Shown here: positions 13,738-25,123 of the stretch, piece by piece | Position numbering within the stretch: the first letter of the stretch is position 1 | Layout of the letters: each line of letters begins with the position of its first letter | Source of the DNA: Eledone cirrhosa | Taxonomy: Eukaryota | DNA length: 64,000 nt | Assembly (NCBI GenBank): GCA_964016885.1 | Contig: OZ024743.1 | Location: 190,216,001-190,280,000 of the forward strand | Reading direction: 5' to 3' | The notes under the pieces: model-generated | Told to the model about the DNA's origin: nothing | Seen by the model: the letters and a program-made list of their open reading frames with translations, nothing else | Databases searched by the model: none | Translations under genes and position numbers: made by a program

Positions 13738-13795
13738 ATACTATGATCATTTCAATGACCGGGTTCCATATGAATCCGGTGATATCATCAGGTAT
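13738..13795 (-). ncRNA. Minimal type I hammerhead
   Basis: ATAC-CTGATGA-..ACCGG-ATTC/GAAC-CCGGT..-GAAA-TGATCA-TA-GTAT; stem III ATGATCAT. Confidence 0.8.
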
Positions 13796-14004
13796 TGCAA
13801 TATAACAAAGGAATATGTAAAAACCCATGGGTCCGAAAAACCATGAGTCCGAGAAACCAGAGACAGGCTGACCAACTAGCCTCACAGCCAGCCACCCTCA
13901 AAGTGTTGGCAACCGAAAACGACCAGTGAATATCTGGTAAGGGGGCGCAGGCCTATCATGTACTACCACCACTCCGTGAAAGAAGAAGGGGAAGAAAGAA
14001 AGAC

Positions 14005-14070
<66 letters not shown>

Positions 14071-15126
14071 GGAGAAAGAAGTGTAGTTTAAGGGTCAAAC
14101 TACATTCATGTTAGAAAATGCCGCGAAAAAAATGCTACCCAAAGAATCTATAGTGGGTGTCTGTATGGTCTAATGTGTGAACCGAAGATTGGAACGCTAA
14201 ATTTATGTTGCGAGTTATTTTTCCGAGCACTCAAGGAAGGCTGAACTTTCCGAGTGCCCAGCGCGCAGCCGGGAAAAAGCCACCACACAAGTCAAACAAT
14301 GAAAAGTGCAAATAGATCAAAGTTATTTTAAATTATTTTAAAGTCCCAGTTAGTCCGGGTCATAGGTAGTGTGGTTCTTAGGTGGGTAGGGGGCTATGAA
14401 GGTGCATAATGACCTGAGTAAGGAAAAGTTACAAAACAATACCAAGGCATTGATAAAAATAATAGAAAATAATAAAATAATAAAATATACATTAATGAGA
14501 TAGTAACAAAATTAATAAAGGTAAATAAGAGTCAATATAGATCAAGTTGTAGTAAGATAATATAAGTTGTACATATAGATACAGATATAGAGGATGGAGG
14601 AGATGGAATGGTAACAGATTGTACCTAGTGTAAAGTTCGGGTTCCGAATTCAGTGCGAGTCACAAAAAGTCCTGAGGTATAGTGTAGAGAATACAGTCAA
14701 TACAATACAAGTTTTAGTATAATACGTAGAGTTTTGTCGGAATCGGAATCATCCCGACAAGGAAGTGGTATCAGGTGGCGGTAGATAAGGCGCAGAGCAG
14801 CCAAAATCCGAATGGCAAGTAGATCAGTTAATCCCATGCTGGTAATAGCTGTACACTGAAGTCAGTGCCGCTGTTCAATATTACATGTTCAAAATTACAT
14901 TTTGAAGAGCTCAACATTATTGGAGCATTATTTCTTAAGGTTTGTTGTTTCACCACTGGATAGAACTGGTCATTCCGTATGGTCAATCCTGGTGTAATAT
15001 TGTGAAGAGTACTCAACGCAGTGCAGTTCCCCATCTTCGTTTGTGTAGTTGGTGGTGCGAATAAGGAGTTAATTATAAATGAAATAACAGGAGGCTGGAC
15101 TGGTGTAAATCCTTGAAAGGTTTATT

Positions 15127-15184
15127 ATACTATGATCATTTCAATGACCGGGTTCCATATGAATCCGGTGATATCATTAGGTAT
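15127..15184 (-). ncRNA. Second-repeat hammerhead, G5A mutant (CTAATGA)
   Basis: Same fold as 13738-13795 with one core change. Confidence 0.6.
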
Positions 15185-16154
15185 TGCAATATAACAAAGG
15201 AATATGTAAAAAGCCATGGGTTCGAAAGCCCATGAGTCCGAGAAACCAGAGACAGGCTGACCAACTAGCTTCACAGCCAGCCACCCTCAAAGTGTTGGCA
15301 ACCGAAAACGACCAGTGAATATCTGGTAAGGGGGCGCAGGCCTATCATGTACTACCACCACTCAGTCAAAGAAGAACGGGAAGAAAGAAAGAAAGAAAGG
15401 GAGAAAGAAGTGTAGTTTAAGGGTCAAACTACATTCATGTTAGAAAATGCCGCGAAAAAAATGCTACCCAAAGAATCTATAGTGGGTGTCTGTATGGTCT
15501 AATGTGTGAACCGAAGATTGGAACGCTAAATTTATGTTGCGAGTTATAGGATGAAATAAATTAAATTAAAAATATTATATTGCAAAATGGTAAATTAAAA
15601 AATAGAGGTGGCGAGATTTATTTATTTAACGAACTTACGGAGAGAGTCTTATATGAAAAAAACATTTTTTAAAATTAACTCGATAGGATATTAGGATGGG
15701 ATATAGAGTAAAGATTTCGATTGGGAATCCCAGCCAGCACACCCACCACCATGAGTGAGCAAGGCTCGAGTGATATAGTCCAGCGAAAGAAATGGAAATT
15801 AATTTTTCCGAGTACTCTAGGAACGTAGCTAACTTTGGCCCCGGGATCGCTAGTGGGAACCCCACAAATTCGACAGGCCATCGTCTATACCACGAATACT
15901 ATTAAATCACACATTAGGGGTTTAGTTACATGTCAATAGAGGCATGATACAGCTAATAGTTGTGCCTAAACACGGAGTTTGTAATTACAGGTATAAATAG
16001 GCGGCCAAACAGGCGGCCCGGTGGGCCTGGGGCAGAGCTAGCCCTTCCGAGTAATTTCATTTACCAAAAGAGGAGACATTTGTTTATTTATAAGAAATAT
16101 ATATATATATATACGATATTAAATAAATGGAAACTATATTTATAAAATCATATT

Positions 16155-16220
16155 TATTTCATTATATATATTTCAGGGATATCATATTAAAAATATGGTA
16201 TGCCTTCATCAGACAAAATA
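16155..16220 (-). ncRNA. Minimal type I hammerhead (TATATA family)
   Basis: Reverse complement of 16320-16385. Confidence 0.78.
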
Positions 16221-16319
16221 CAATATAAACAGTCATTTAAAAAATCAAATCAGCTTTTCAAATGGAAGTTGAAGTATAAGGTATGTCAAATCTATCTATT
16301 TATAAGACTGTTTATATTG

Positions 16320-16385
16320 TATTTTGTCTGATGAAGGCATACCATATTTTTAATATGATATCCCTGAAATATATATAATGAAATA
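16320..16385 (+). ncRNA. Minimal type I hammerhead (TATATA family)
   Basis: TATTTTGT-CTGATGA-AGGCATACCATATT/TTT/AATATGATATCCCT-GAAA-TATATA-TA-ATGAAATA. Confidence 0.78.
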
Positions 16386-16552
16386 AATATGATTTTATAA
16401 ATATAGTTTCCATTTATTTAATATCGTAAATATACTCCAAATACTTGTTGAGTGCTTTTATATCAGTTATAAATATTTACTCGTTGTAACCCAACAATTT
16501 AAATAAAACTTTGCATATATATATATATATATTTATTAAAATAACAGATTAA

Positions 16553-16603
16553 GGTTTAAGCAAAGCATCGCTGCTTTCACCCTTAACGGGATCTTCTGAA
16601 ACT
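16553..16603 (-). ncRNA. Hammerhead-like fold, CAGAAGA core
   Basis: Reverse-complement copy of the 13458 motif. Confidence 0.5.
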
Positions 16604-17833
16604 AACAAAGTCAATCTGTAAACGCAGAAGTGGATATTTCAAAAAAACGTTGCAACCGGAGGAAGACAGGAAGACGATACTTTGGTTCGTGGGAACGTTC
16701 CCTGGCAAAGAACGGGAAAAAACGAATATAATACGTCATTAATAGGAGCGGTGAAAAACAATTACATGCAAAGACAGAACCACGTTTATGGTATAAAAGA
16801 GGTCGTAGACTAATGTTCTCTCAGGTGGTTCATAGAGACGTTCTCTGGCAATGAACGAAAAAAAACGAAGATAATACGTCATATGTGGAGCTTGGAGAAC
16901 AATAGCACGCAAAGACAAAACCACGTAAATGGTATAGCAGAAGTCGTAGACTAAAATTCTAACTAGGAGACCGAATGAATCTCCGCTACAGAGTTAAGAA
17001 CAAAGTAAATAAATACAATACAGAAGTAATAGAAATAAATAAATACATACGCACAACCAAATACGTACATACACAAGCATACGCAGAACACTTACCATCG
17101 GTATACAAACCACGCACATATAAATATGTGTGTGTGTGTATGCGTGTATACAAATAAATAAATAATTATATAAACGTATATAAATAAATAAATACGTATA
17201 TAACAAGCGCACACACATACCTACATGTAAATACACGAATGTTCGGAGACGTAAGTCAACCAAAACATGAAGTACACATATACACACACCCTACATATGT
17301 ACGAACCGGCATACTCACACAGACGCAAAACTCCCGTATACACATAGCCAAATCATATGTACCAGAATATATAAAATTATACGCCATAAGATAAACAATC
17401 AAATATACGTACGAGAAGGTATACGTACCTTCACAAAACATACGGGTAAAATATACTTACCTATGCAAATAAGTAATGGTATAAACAAACCATACTTAGC
17501 TCCCACATCAAGACGTAAAATATTCACGTATAAATCATACTATCCGTTAGGGTATAACGTGGGGCAGTAATACAGGAAAGTTTTGTGCAATTTATGTTTA
17601 CAAGCCGAAATTGCCTCAGATTTTTTGTTTAAGATGTGGTCTGTGGCGTAGAGTATTTCCAGGGCCTCAGCGGCGCAGAGGTCACATGGTCTTTTATTTC
17701 CGTTATACGAGGACCTCCCAGTGTAACTTATATTTGGTGTGGTTGTCTTTTAGACTCCAGATATAAGCTGAAAGTGACGTCATATTCCTTCTTAGAGGGT
17801 AAAGAAAAGAATGGGTATGCATGTAAAGACGTT

Positions 17834-17884
17834 AGTTTCAGAAGATCCCGTTAAGGGTGAAAGCAGCGATTCTTTGCTTAAACT
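17834..17884 (+). ncRNA. Hammerhead-like fold, CAGAAGA core
   Basis: Identical to 13458-13508; inverted relative to 16553-16603. Confidence 0.55.
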
Positions 17885-17991
17885 TTAATCTGTTATTTTA
17901 ATAAATATTTGCTCTACGGTTCTTATATATTTGATATATATTTATCCTTATCGAGCCCTCTTTGGATTTTAGTCTTCAAATTTATTATTAT

Positions 17992-18043
<52 letters not shown>

Positions 18044-18233
18044 CATGTGATCTCTATGAATTCATTGCGTGGTTGACGGCTGCGCTATACGTAATTTAAA
18101 CGTATAACTTTTCTTTTCGTTTATTTGTTTTCATAATTTTTTTACTCGATTGCATGTAAACCCCACTGTCCCCGTCTTTGTATTGTAAACTATGTTCGGC
18201 CTTTGTGGCTAATAATAAAGCAATTATTATTAT

Positions 18234-18508
18234 TGCCTTTCAACCTTACGGGATCGATAAAATAAAGTACCAGTCGCGCACTGGGGTCGATTTAATCGAC
18301 TTTCTCTTAGTCCCAAATTGCTGACCATTATTATTAGAAAGGGTCGGACGCCATGCTCTGCAGCATGGAGTTACGAGCCTTTACGATCTGAGTTCAAATC
18401 CTGCTGAGGTTAACTTTGCCTTTCATCCTTACGAGGTCGATAAAATAAAGTACCAGTATTGCACTGGGATAATTGCTGGCCTTGTGCCAAAAGTAGAAAC
18501 AATTATTA
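18234..18508 (+). mobile_element. Two partial copies of the main SINE
   Basis: Same central block and tail as 9279-9855. Confidence 0.8.
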
Positions 18509-18509
18509 G

Positions 18510-18998
18510 AAAGGGTTAAAGACAGACACTTTCCTCTTCGGCGATTCCCTAATTAACTTTTTCAAGTTTCACTTGAAGAGAAAAATCGGAGTGGAGAGGC
18601 AAGTGCTGCCTTCTAGAAAGTTTGTTGAAAGGTGGGTGAATGTAGCGAGAATGGTCCTAGTGAACGGGACCGCTCTGAATATACGCCTGTAGTTTGAGAA
18701 ATGGAAAAATTGAGAGAGGGCGCTTGCTCTGGTGGTCAGGGTGGCCGTGGACTTTTGTGTGGTTTTCGCCACGAGTAACCCTCGGATGCCCACCCCCTAT
18801 TGGGGAATTTTTCATTGTTTCAATTTTCATTGTTTTCACTGTTTCTGTTTTTTTTTTCTTTTCTTATATAAATAATAAAAATCTTTACACGCACGAAACC
18901 CACATCGTACCGTCCTGTACCGTCCTGTGCCGTCTCTAATGTTTTTCTTGATGTCAGCCCATGTCGCTAATAAAGAAATCATTATTGTTATTATTATT
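18510..18998 (+). mobile_element. Tx1-like LINE 3' fragment (subfamily B)
   Basis: Matches 28997-29480; ends AATAAAGAAATC(ATT)n. Confidence 0.88.
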
Positions 18999-19340
18999 AG
19001 ATGGGTGAGAGAAGCAAGAATGCCCCGAGTGAATGAGCCTACTCTGAGTATGTGTCCGTAAATTAAAGTTGGAAAACTGGGAGAGGACACTTGCCCTGGT
19101 GGTCAGGGTCACTGTGGCTTTTAATGGGCTTTCTCCACAAATGTCCCTCGGAAGTCTCCCCCCTATTGGGGAATTTTTCATTGTTATTTTTTTGTTACAT
19201 CCTCTGTTTTTGTTTTTTTACACGCAGAAATGCCCATTTGTAACGTCCTGTATTGTCCTGTACTGTCCTTAATATCTACTTTATGTAAACCCTTGTGGTT
19301 AATAAAAAAAATCATAATAATAATAATAATTATTATTATT
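18999..19340 (+). mobile_element. Tx1-like LINE 3' fragment (subfamily A)
   Basis: Matches 24742-25122; (AAT/ATT)n tail. Confidence 0.88.
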
Positions 19341-19817
19341 GGCGACCTACGTAGTAAATCGTATCGTCGTGAGCTCCACAAGGGTTTGTTATTTTCAGTT
19401 GTTCAAAATTGCCATTCATGGAAAATTTTATTGTTAACTGAATATAAGTGCACATACATTGTTAGCTGAAAAGGACACCCAAAAAGATTGGGGCCTCGAG
19501 CCCAAAATTTAAACTTTTATAATTATCAAACAAAAATTTTTCTTTGAAACATCAAGGCTAACTCAGAGTCACTCCTTTCTCACAAACTAACACCTCACAC
19601 CGACACCACCATTGTAAATATTACTACGTTTGCCAACACTAAAAAAATATAAGCAGTAGCAATATTTTAAATTTGTCTCATGCAGACATTCATTTCCCAC
19701 CATTACTAATGACTGCAGGCGTTAAAGCCGCCACCACCACCACCGCGACAACCCCACCCCCACCACCACCGCGACAACAGAAACAAAAGGAAAAATAAAT
19801 TAACTCGTGATATCGAA

Positions 19818-21402
19818 ATGAATTCAACCAAAATGAACTCTTCCACACCGAACACCACTGACGCCACCACCACCACAACTGAAACTAAAATTAATAACAA
19901 AAATAACGATATCAATAACAGCAACAATGACATAAAAAACCCCTGAGTTTGCCAGAGTAGCAAAACAGTGCAAAGCATTTACGGTAACTCAGGAGGAATT
20001 AGAAAATGCCGAAAAAATGGTAAAGAAAGATGGGTACAGGGTCAGCCTCATACCCCCCCCCCCCACCTAATAAAATGAAGGATCGGCGCCTATGCACCGT
20101 GTCTTATCGAACAATTAATATAAAATCGCGCCGAGTGGAACGGGCATGCGAATCCCAAATCCAAAAAGCTTTGGGACATGTGTTGACCAAAAAAACCCCA
20201 CATCAGACGTGGACAGAAGTATGGAACCGTGGACGTGTTCTTTGAAACATCACACTCTTCCCAAGCTATTGTGGCCAGAGACTCGTAAAGATCAGGGTCA
20301 CCCACGTTCCACGGGCCATCGAAATTCCCTGGCTAATAGCTGCCGTCCTCGCCGGCATCGAAGCCAATACCAAGATAATCGAAATAGTGAAAGAAAAGCA
20401 GGAGAAATGGTCCGGATCTGGGATGGAGCTCCTGATCCAAGCGGACCAAAAAAGCATTGAGGAGATCCCAGAGGTAATAGACCTCACTGACGGCAGCCAC
20501 CTCACCGTAATTGTCGAGGGCAGAAGGCCTAGGTGTGTCGTTTGTGGTGAAGGAACCCACCTAAGGGCTTTCTGCCCTCAGGCTAAAAGGTTGAGGCCAC
20601 CTCTCCTACCCACCCCAGTGACTCAACCATCAACACCACCAGCACCAGAGATGGCAGCAACAACTGTAGCAGCAACAACAGAAGCAACTGTAACAGCAAC
20701 AACCCCAACAACAGTAGCAAAACCAACACCACCACCACACAACGCGCCAGAACTAGCACCAGCGCCTACACCATCCACCACGCCACAACCAAAACTAACG
20801 TCTGTGGAGGATTTTCCACTCCCCGGCCTATCAAAACTGGAGACAGATTGTGAGGAGTGGAAACGGTATCAGGTAAAAAGAAAAAAAGAAATCAAAAAAG
20901 AAAAAATTCCCCTCCTTCCCCTTACAAAAACAAAATACGGAGGGAAACAAATAAATTATCAAACAAAAAAGTTAGGACAGATATGCCACCATCCACACCA
21001 GCATCACCAACCCCATCACCACAAACACCAACACCATCACCATCATTAACCCCAACACCACCATCACCAACACCACAAAAGTCACCAAAGAGCGTAACAG
21101 AAACAAACCCACAACAAACGCAAACAAAACAAAACAACCAAAACGATACACACTACACAGCATTAAATTTGAACAACAAGCAATTATTACACTACATCCA
21201 ACACAACACCAGCATCACAGAAAAAGACTACACAACAACCCAAAAGTTCACACCACCTTCACACATACAAATCACTCGCAGCACACAGAAAACGTACATG
21301 ACACTAAAACAAAAATTCCCCAAAGACATCGGAGACTTCCGACAAGCACTCTCCAGGAGGATTTATAAGGATATCCTTCCTGAGGAGTCCACAAGCAGTT
21401 AA
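19818..21402 (+). pseudogene. LINE ORF1 (gag-like zinc knuckle, Pro/Thr-rich), frameshifted
   Basis: ORFs 20387-21049 and 20857-21402; CX2CX4HX4C motif; start approximate. Confidence 0.7.
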
Positions 21403-21478
21403 AAGGATGGAGAAACCGTCCTTCCTCTACGAGAAGTAAGGTAAGTGGTCTTTCCCATCTTTTCCACTCCATTTCAAC

Positions 21479-24400
21479 ATGAACTCACTCAGAATAGGCA
21501 GCATAAATGCGCGTGGCTTGGGGTTGTCATGGAAGCAGGGCCACCTGCTCAACGACCTCAGGTCACTAAACATAGATGTAGTGGCCATCAGCGACACCAG
21601 AATCTCCGAAGCACGTGCCTTCGCACCGATCTTCGGCGGCTATTGTGTGTATGCATCTCCCAGCCGTCCGGAATCGGGGGGAGGAGTTGCTGTGCTTTTT
21701 CGGAGAGGTTTGGATCTCGCCATACGGGACATCTTCCTGGACCCAGAAAGTAAGTTGGTGGTGCTGGACGTGACCAGCGGAGACGGGCAAGCTTTCAGGT
21801 TAGTGACCGTCTATGGCCCGACAGGAGCATGGCGGCCTGATTTCTTCCGGCATCTAGAGACCTTTCTTGGAACGTCCCGCTCTTTAGCGTTAGTGGCCGA
21901 CTGGAACGGGATCTTAGATGCACGCTGGGACTGTGTGGGATTAGTGGATAGGGGAGGAGGGTGCAAGAGTCTCACCAACCTGCTCAGGCGCATTGAACTG
22001 TCTGACAAGTACCGATTGGATTTCCCGAATGTGCCAATGTGGACTTGGACAAATCGCATAGGGTCATCCAGATCATATCTAGATAGAGTATTTTGTAGGG
22101 AAATAGGTCTAGCATAGGCTGTCCACAATTGAAGATAGTCAGCTACACGGACCACAAATTCGTGATCTGTGCGCGCGACATAGACAGCCTTTACAGACGA
22201 GGACCCGGCTACTGGAAGCTAAACGCGTCCTTGCCAGCGCGCAAGGCCTACAGAGACCGGATTAGCGAACTAGTTAAGCGGGCGTTGACGTGGGCCATCG
22301 TCAACAACAAGTGGTGGTTTGCTCTGAAAAGAGCAATTAGAATAGAATCCATTATGTTTAGTAAGGCTTTAGCAATAGAGAAAAATAGAGCAGAGGGAGA
22401 ATTAGTTAGAAAATTAGACGAGGCGCTTAGCAAAGGCATCGCGACCGACGTACTTCCGGCGAAATTGGCCCTTGACCAATTCTTCAATGCAAAGCACGAA
22501 GGTTGCGTTGTCAGAGCTAGAGGGCGTGCTCTCAGACACGAGGGCGCATGCTACGCGATCCCGGGCAAATGTGTAAAGCTTTTCAGCGACACTTCGCACA
22601 GCTGTTCGGGGGCAGGACTTTAGTGTCTACCTCGAAGGACTGCCGCGGCTCTCGGCCACTGAGGCGGAGTGTTGCGAAAAGCCGATAACAGCCGCTGAAG
22701 TACGGGAGGCAATGACTGGCTGCACAAGGGGTAAATCGCCTGGTTTGGATGGTCTGCCCTATCAACTTTACGTACAGATGCCAGACTTGTTCGGAGGCCT
22801 CTTAGCGGACGTCTACAACAGGCAACAGAATGGGAGAATTCCCAGCTCTGTGAGCTGAGGAAGGGGGATAATATAGGATAATGGGATAATATAGGATCAT
22901 AAAGGATCCGAAGAAGGGGGATAATATAGATAATTTCAGGCCTATAACTCTGCTAAACACAGAGTTCAAGATTTTGGCCAAGGCGCTAGCAAAGAGGTTG
23001 GCGCTTGTCGTTGGTGGTCTGGTGGGAGAGGCGCAGTCATGCGCCATTCCCGACAGATCCATCCACGACAACCTCCACCTCATGCGATACATCGTTGAGA
23101 GGGTAGCTAGGGAACCTGGCACGGGTGGGTACTTGATCAATTTAGATCAGTCGAAAGCATTCGATAGGGTCGACCATCGTTACCTAGCAGCAGTCCTGAG
23201 GCCGGGTGGATTTGGGCCCGTCTTCAGAGCCAGGATCGCTGCCATACACAGCGACATCTGCTCTGTGGTGAGAGTGAACGGTCACCTTTCGGAACCGTTC
23301 AACATCATGCGCTCGCTCCGCCAAGGATGTCCCCTCTCGTCCCTCTTGTACGTATTGACTCTCGAGCCATTACTGCACAAACTGGAGACGTTGAGGGGCG
23401 TCCCGTGCGAACTAGGATGCGGAAGATCCGTGTCAGCATATGCCGACGATGTCACCGTAGTGGTGTCGAACGCCAAACACATCGAGGCGATCGGCACTAC
23501 ACTAAGAGAATACGAAGCGGCGACAGGAGCAATGATCAATCAGGAAAAGTCAGTGGGCCTGCAGCTCGGCACCTGGAGGAGCAGGTCCATACCGTCCAAC
23601 AGCGTCGTGGGACGCTGGACGGACGGACCGGTTAAATTGCTAGGGGTCTGGTTCGGTCCGGACCTCCAGACGGACAAAATCTGGGACGAGGTGACGAGCA
23701 GAGTGGCTTCTCTCACCCAGAAATGGGCCGAGAGGAAGCTATCCCTGAAAGGTCGAGCGGAGGTGGCTAACGCGTACATCGCGTCTGTCATCTGCTACCG
23801 CCTGACCGTCGTACCTTGTCCTAAGCCCCGCCTGACTGCGCTGGAGCGTTTATTCTTTTGCTTTTTGTGGAAGGGACGCGCTCCGATGGTCAGGCGTTCC
23901 ATCTGCTGTCAACACTCGCTACGTGGAGGGCTGGGCATGCCGTGGCTGATGATGCGCAGACACACGCTCAGGCTACGACATCTCCACCTCTTCCTCGACG
24001 GTGATCAGGTGTGGTCGCCGTTTGCTAGATACGTATTTCCCCAGCTCGTTTCCTTTACGGAGCTGCAGTCCTGGGTCAAGCGAAGACCGAGAGGGAGCGC
24101 CTGGAGACTGGAATGTCTTCAGGCGCTCACAGCCCTCGGCCAATCCGGCAATGTGATCGGTGGAAACTCCACCTCAGCGTTCTATAGAGGATTAGTGGAG
24201 GGGAAGAGCGACGACGTACTTGGGGAAACTCTAGGCGTCGACGAAAATCAACTAGCCAATCTCTTCGGAAGAACTTTCGGGCCGGGACCTATGGACAACT
24301 TCCAGAAATCTCTGGCCTGGCAGTGCTACCGAGGAGCCTTGCCAGTTCGGGATAAACTCTACAGGCATGGAGGTGCCGTCAGCCGGGCATGTCCGAGATG

Positions 24401-24808
24401 CGCGCAGGGCAACGAAACCGTCCTGCACGCACTCGTCCATTGTCCGAAAATTGCTGACTTGTGGGTTTATGTCGAACACCTGCTGTCGTGTGTAGGACGG
24501 ATCCGGCTATCATCTGAGTCCATCGTGAGGATTTCCCCGCCATCTTCCTTTAGCCGGGAAGGGCAGGTAGTTTTTATCTGTCTGGTGGCCATGGCGAAAG
24601 TGATAGTATGGTGTACACGTTTGAAAGGGCTGAAGACGAGCACTTACCTCTCGGTGATGCCCTGATTGACTTTTTCAAATTTCATTTGAAAGGAAAATCA
24701 GAGTAGAGAGGGAAGTGCTCTCTTCCCAGCATTTTGTTGAAAGATTGGTGAGAGAAGCAAGAATGGCCCGAGTGAATGGGCCTACTCTGAGTATATATAT
24801 GTAAATTA
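21479..24808 (+). pseudogene. LINE ORF2 (APE-RT-ZnF) with stops and frameshifts
   Basis: ORFs 21479-22117, 22129-22623 and 22974-24665. Confidence 0.9.
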
Positions 24809-25065
24809 AAGGTGGAAAACTGGGAGAGGGCACTTGCCTTGGTGGTCAGGGTCATTGTGGCTTTTTACTGGGCTTTCTCCACAAATGTCCCTCCGAAGTC
24901 TCCCCCCTATTGGGGAATTTTTCATTGTTATTTTCATTGTTATTTTTGTTACATCCTCTGTTTTTGTTTTTTTTACACGCAGAAATGCCCATTTGTACCG
25001 TCCTGCATTGTCCTGCACTGTCCTTAATGTCTACTTTATGTAAACCCTTGTGGTTAATAAAGAAA

Positions 25066-25122
<57 letters not shown>

Positions 25123-25123
<1 letters not shown>

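Larger units (their letters stand above)
13685..15547 (-). mobile_element. Non-coding element with ~480-530-bp direct repeats, each carrying a hammerhead (retrozyme / non-autonomous PLE)
   Basis: 13685-14217 matches 15074-15547 apart from a (GAAA)n expansion; the ~860-bp interior has no credible ORF. Confidence 0.75.
16112..16428. repeat. Essentially perfect fold-back (~123-bp arms) with a hammerhead in each arm
   Basis: 16112-16234 is the reverse complement of 16306-16428. Confidence 0.93.
19341..25122 (+). mobile_element. Near full-length Tx1/L1-clade LINE (subfamily A), disabled
   Basis: ORF1 with zinc knuckle CVVCGEGTHLRAFC; ORF2 with APE (SINARGL, DWN, TW, SYLDRV, TDH), RT (KSPGLDG, FRPITLLN, LDQSKAFDRV, QGCPLS, YADD) and CCHC finger CPRCAQGNETVLHALVHC; (ATT)n tail. 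Confidence 0.93.

Noticed and set aside
15690-15790. Possible further hammerhead (minus strand CGAAATCTTTA)
   Set aside because: No valid CTGANGA core or stem I could be paired.
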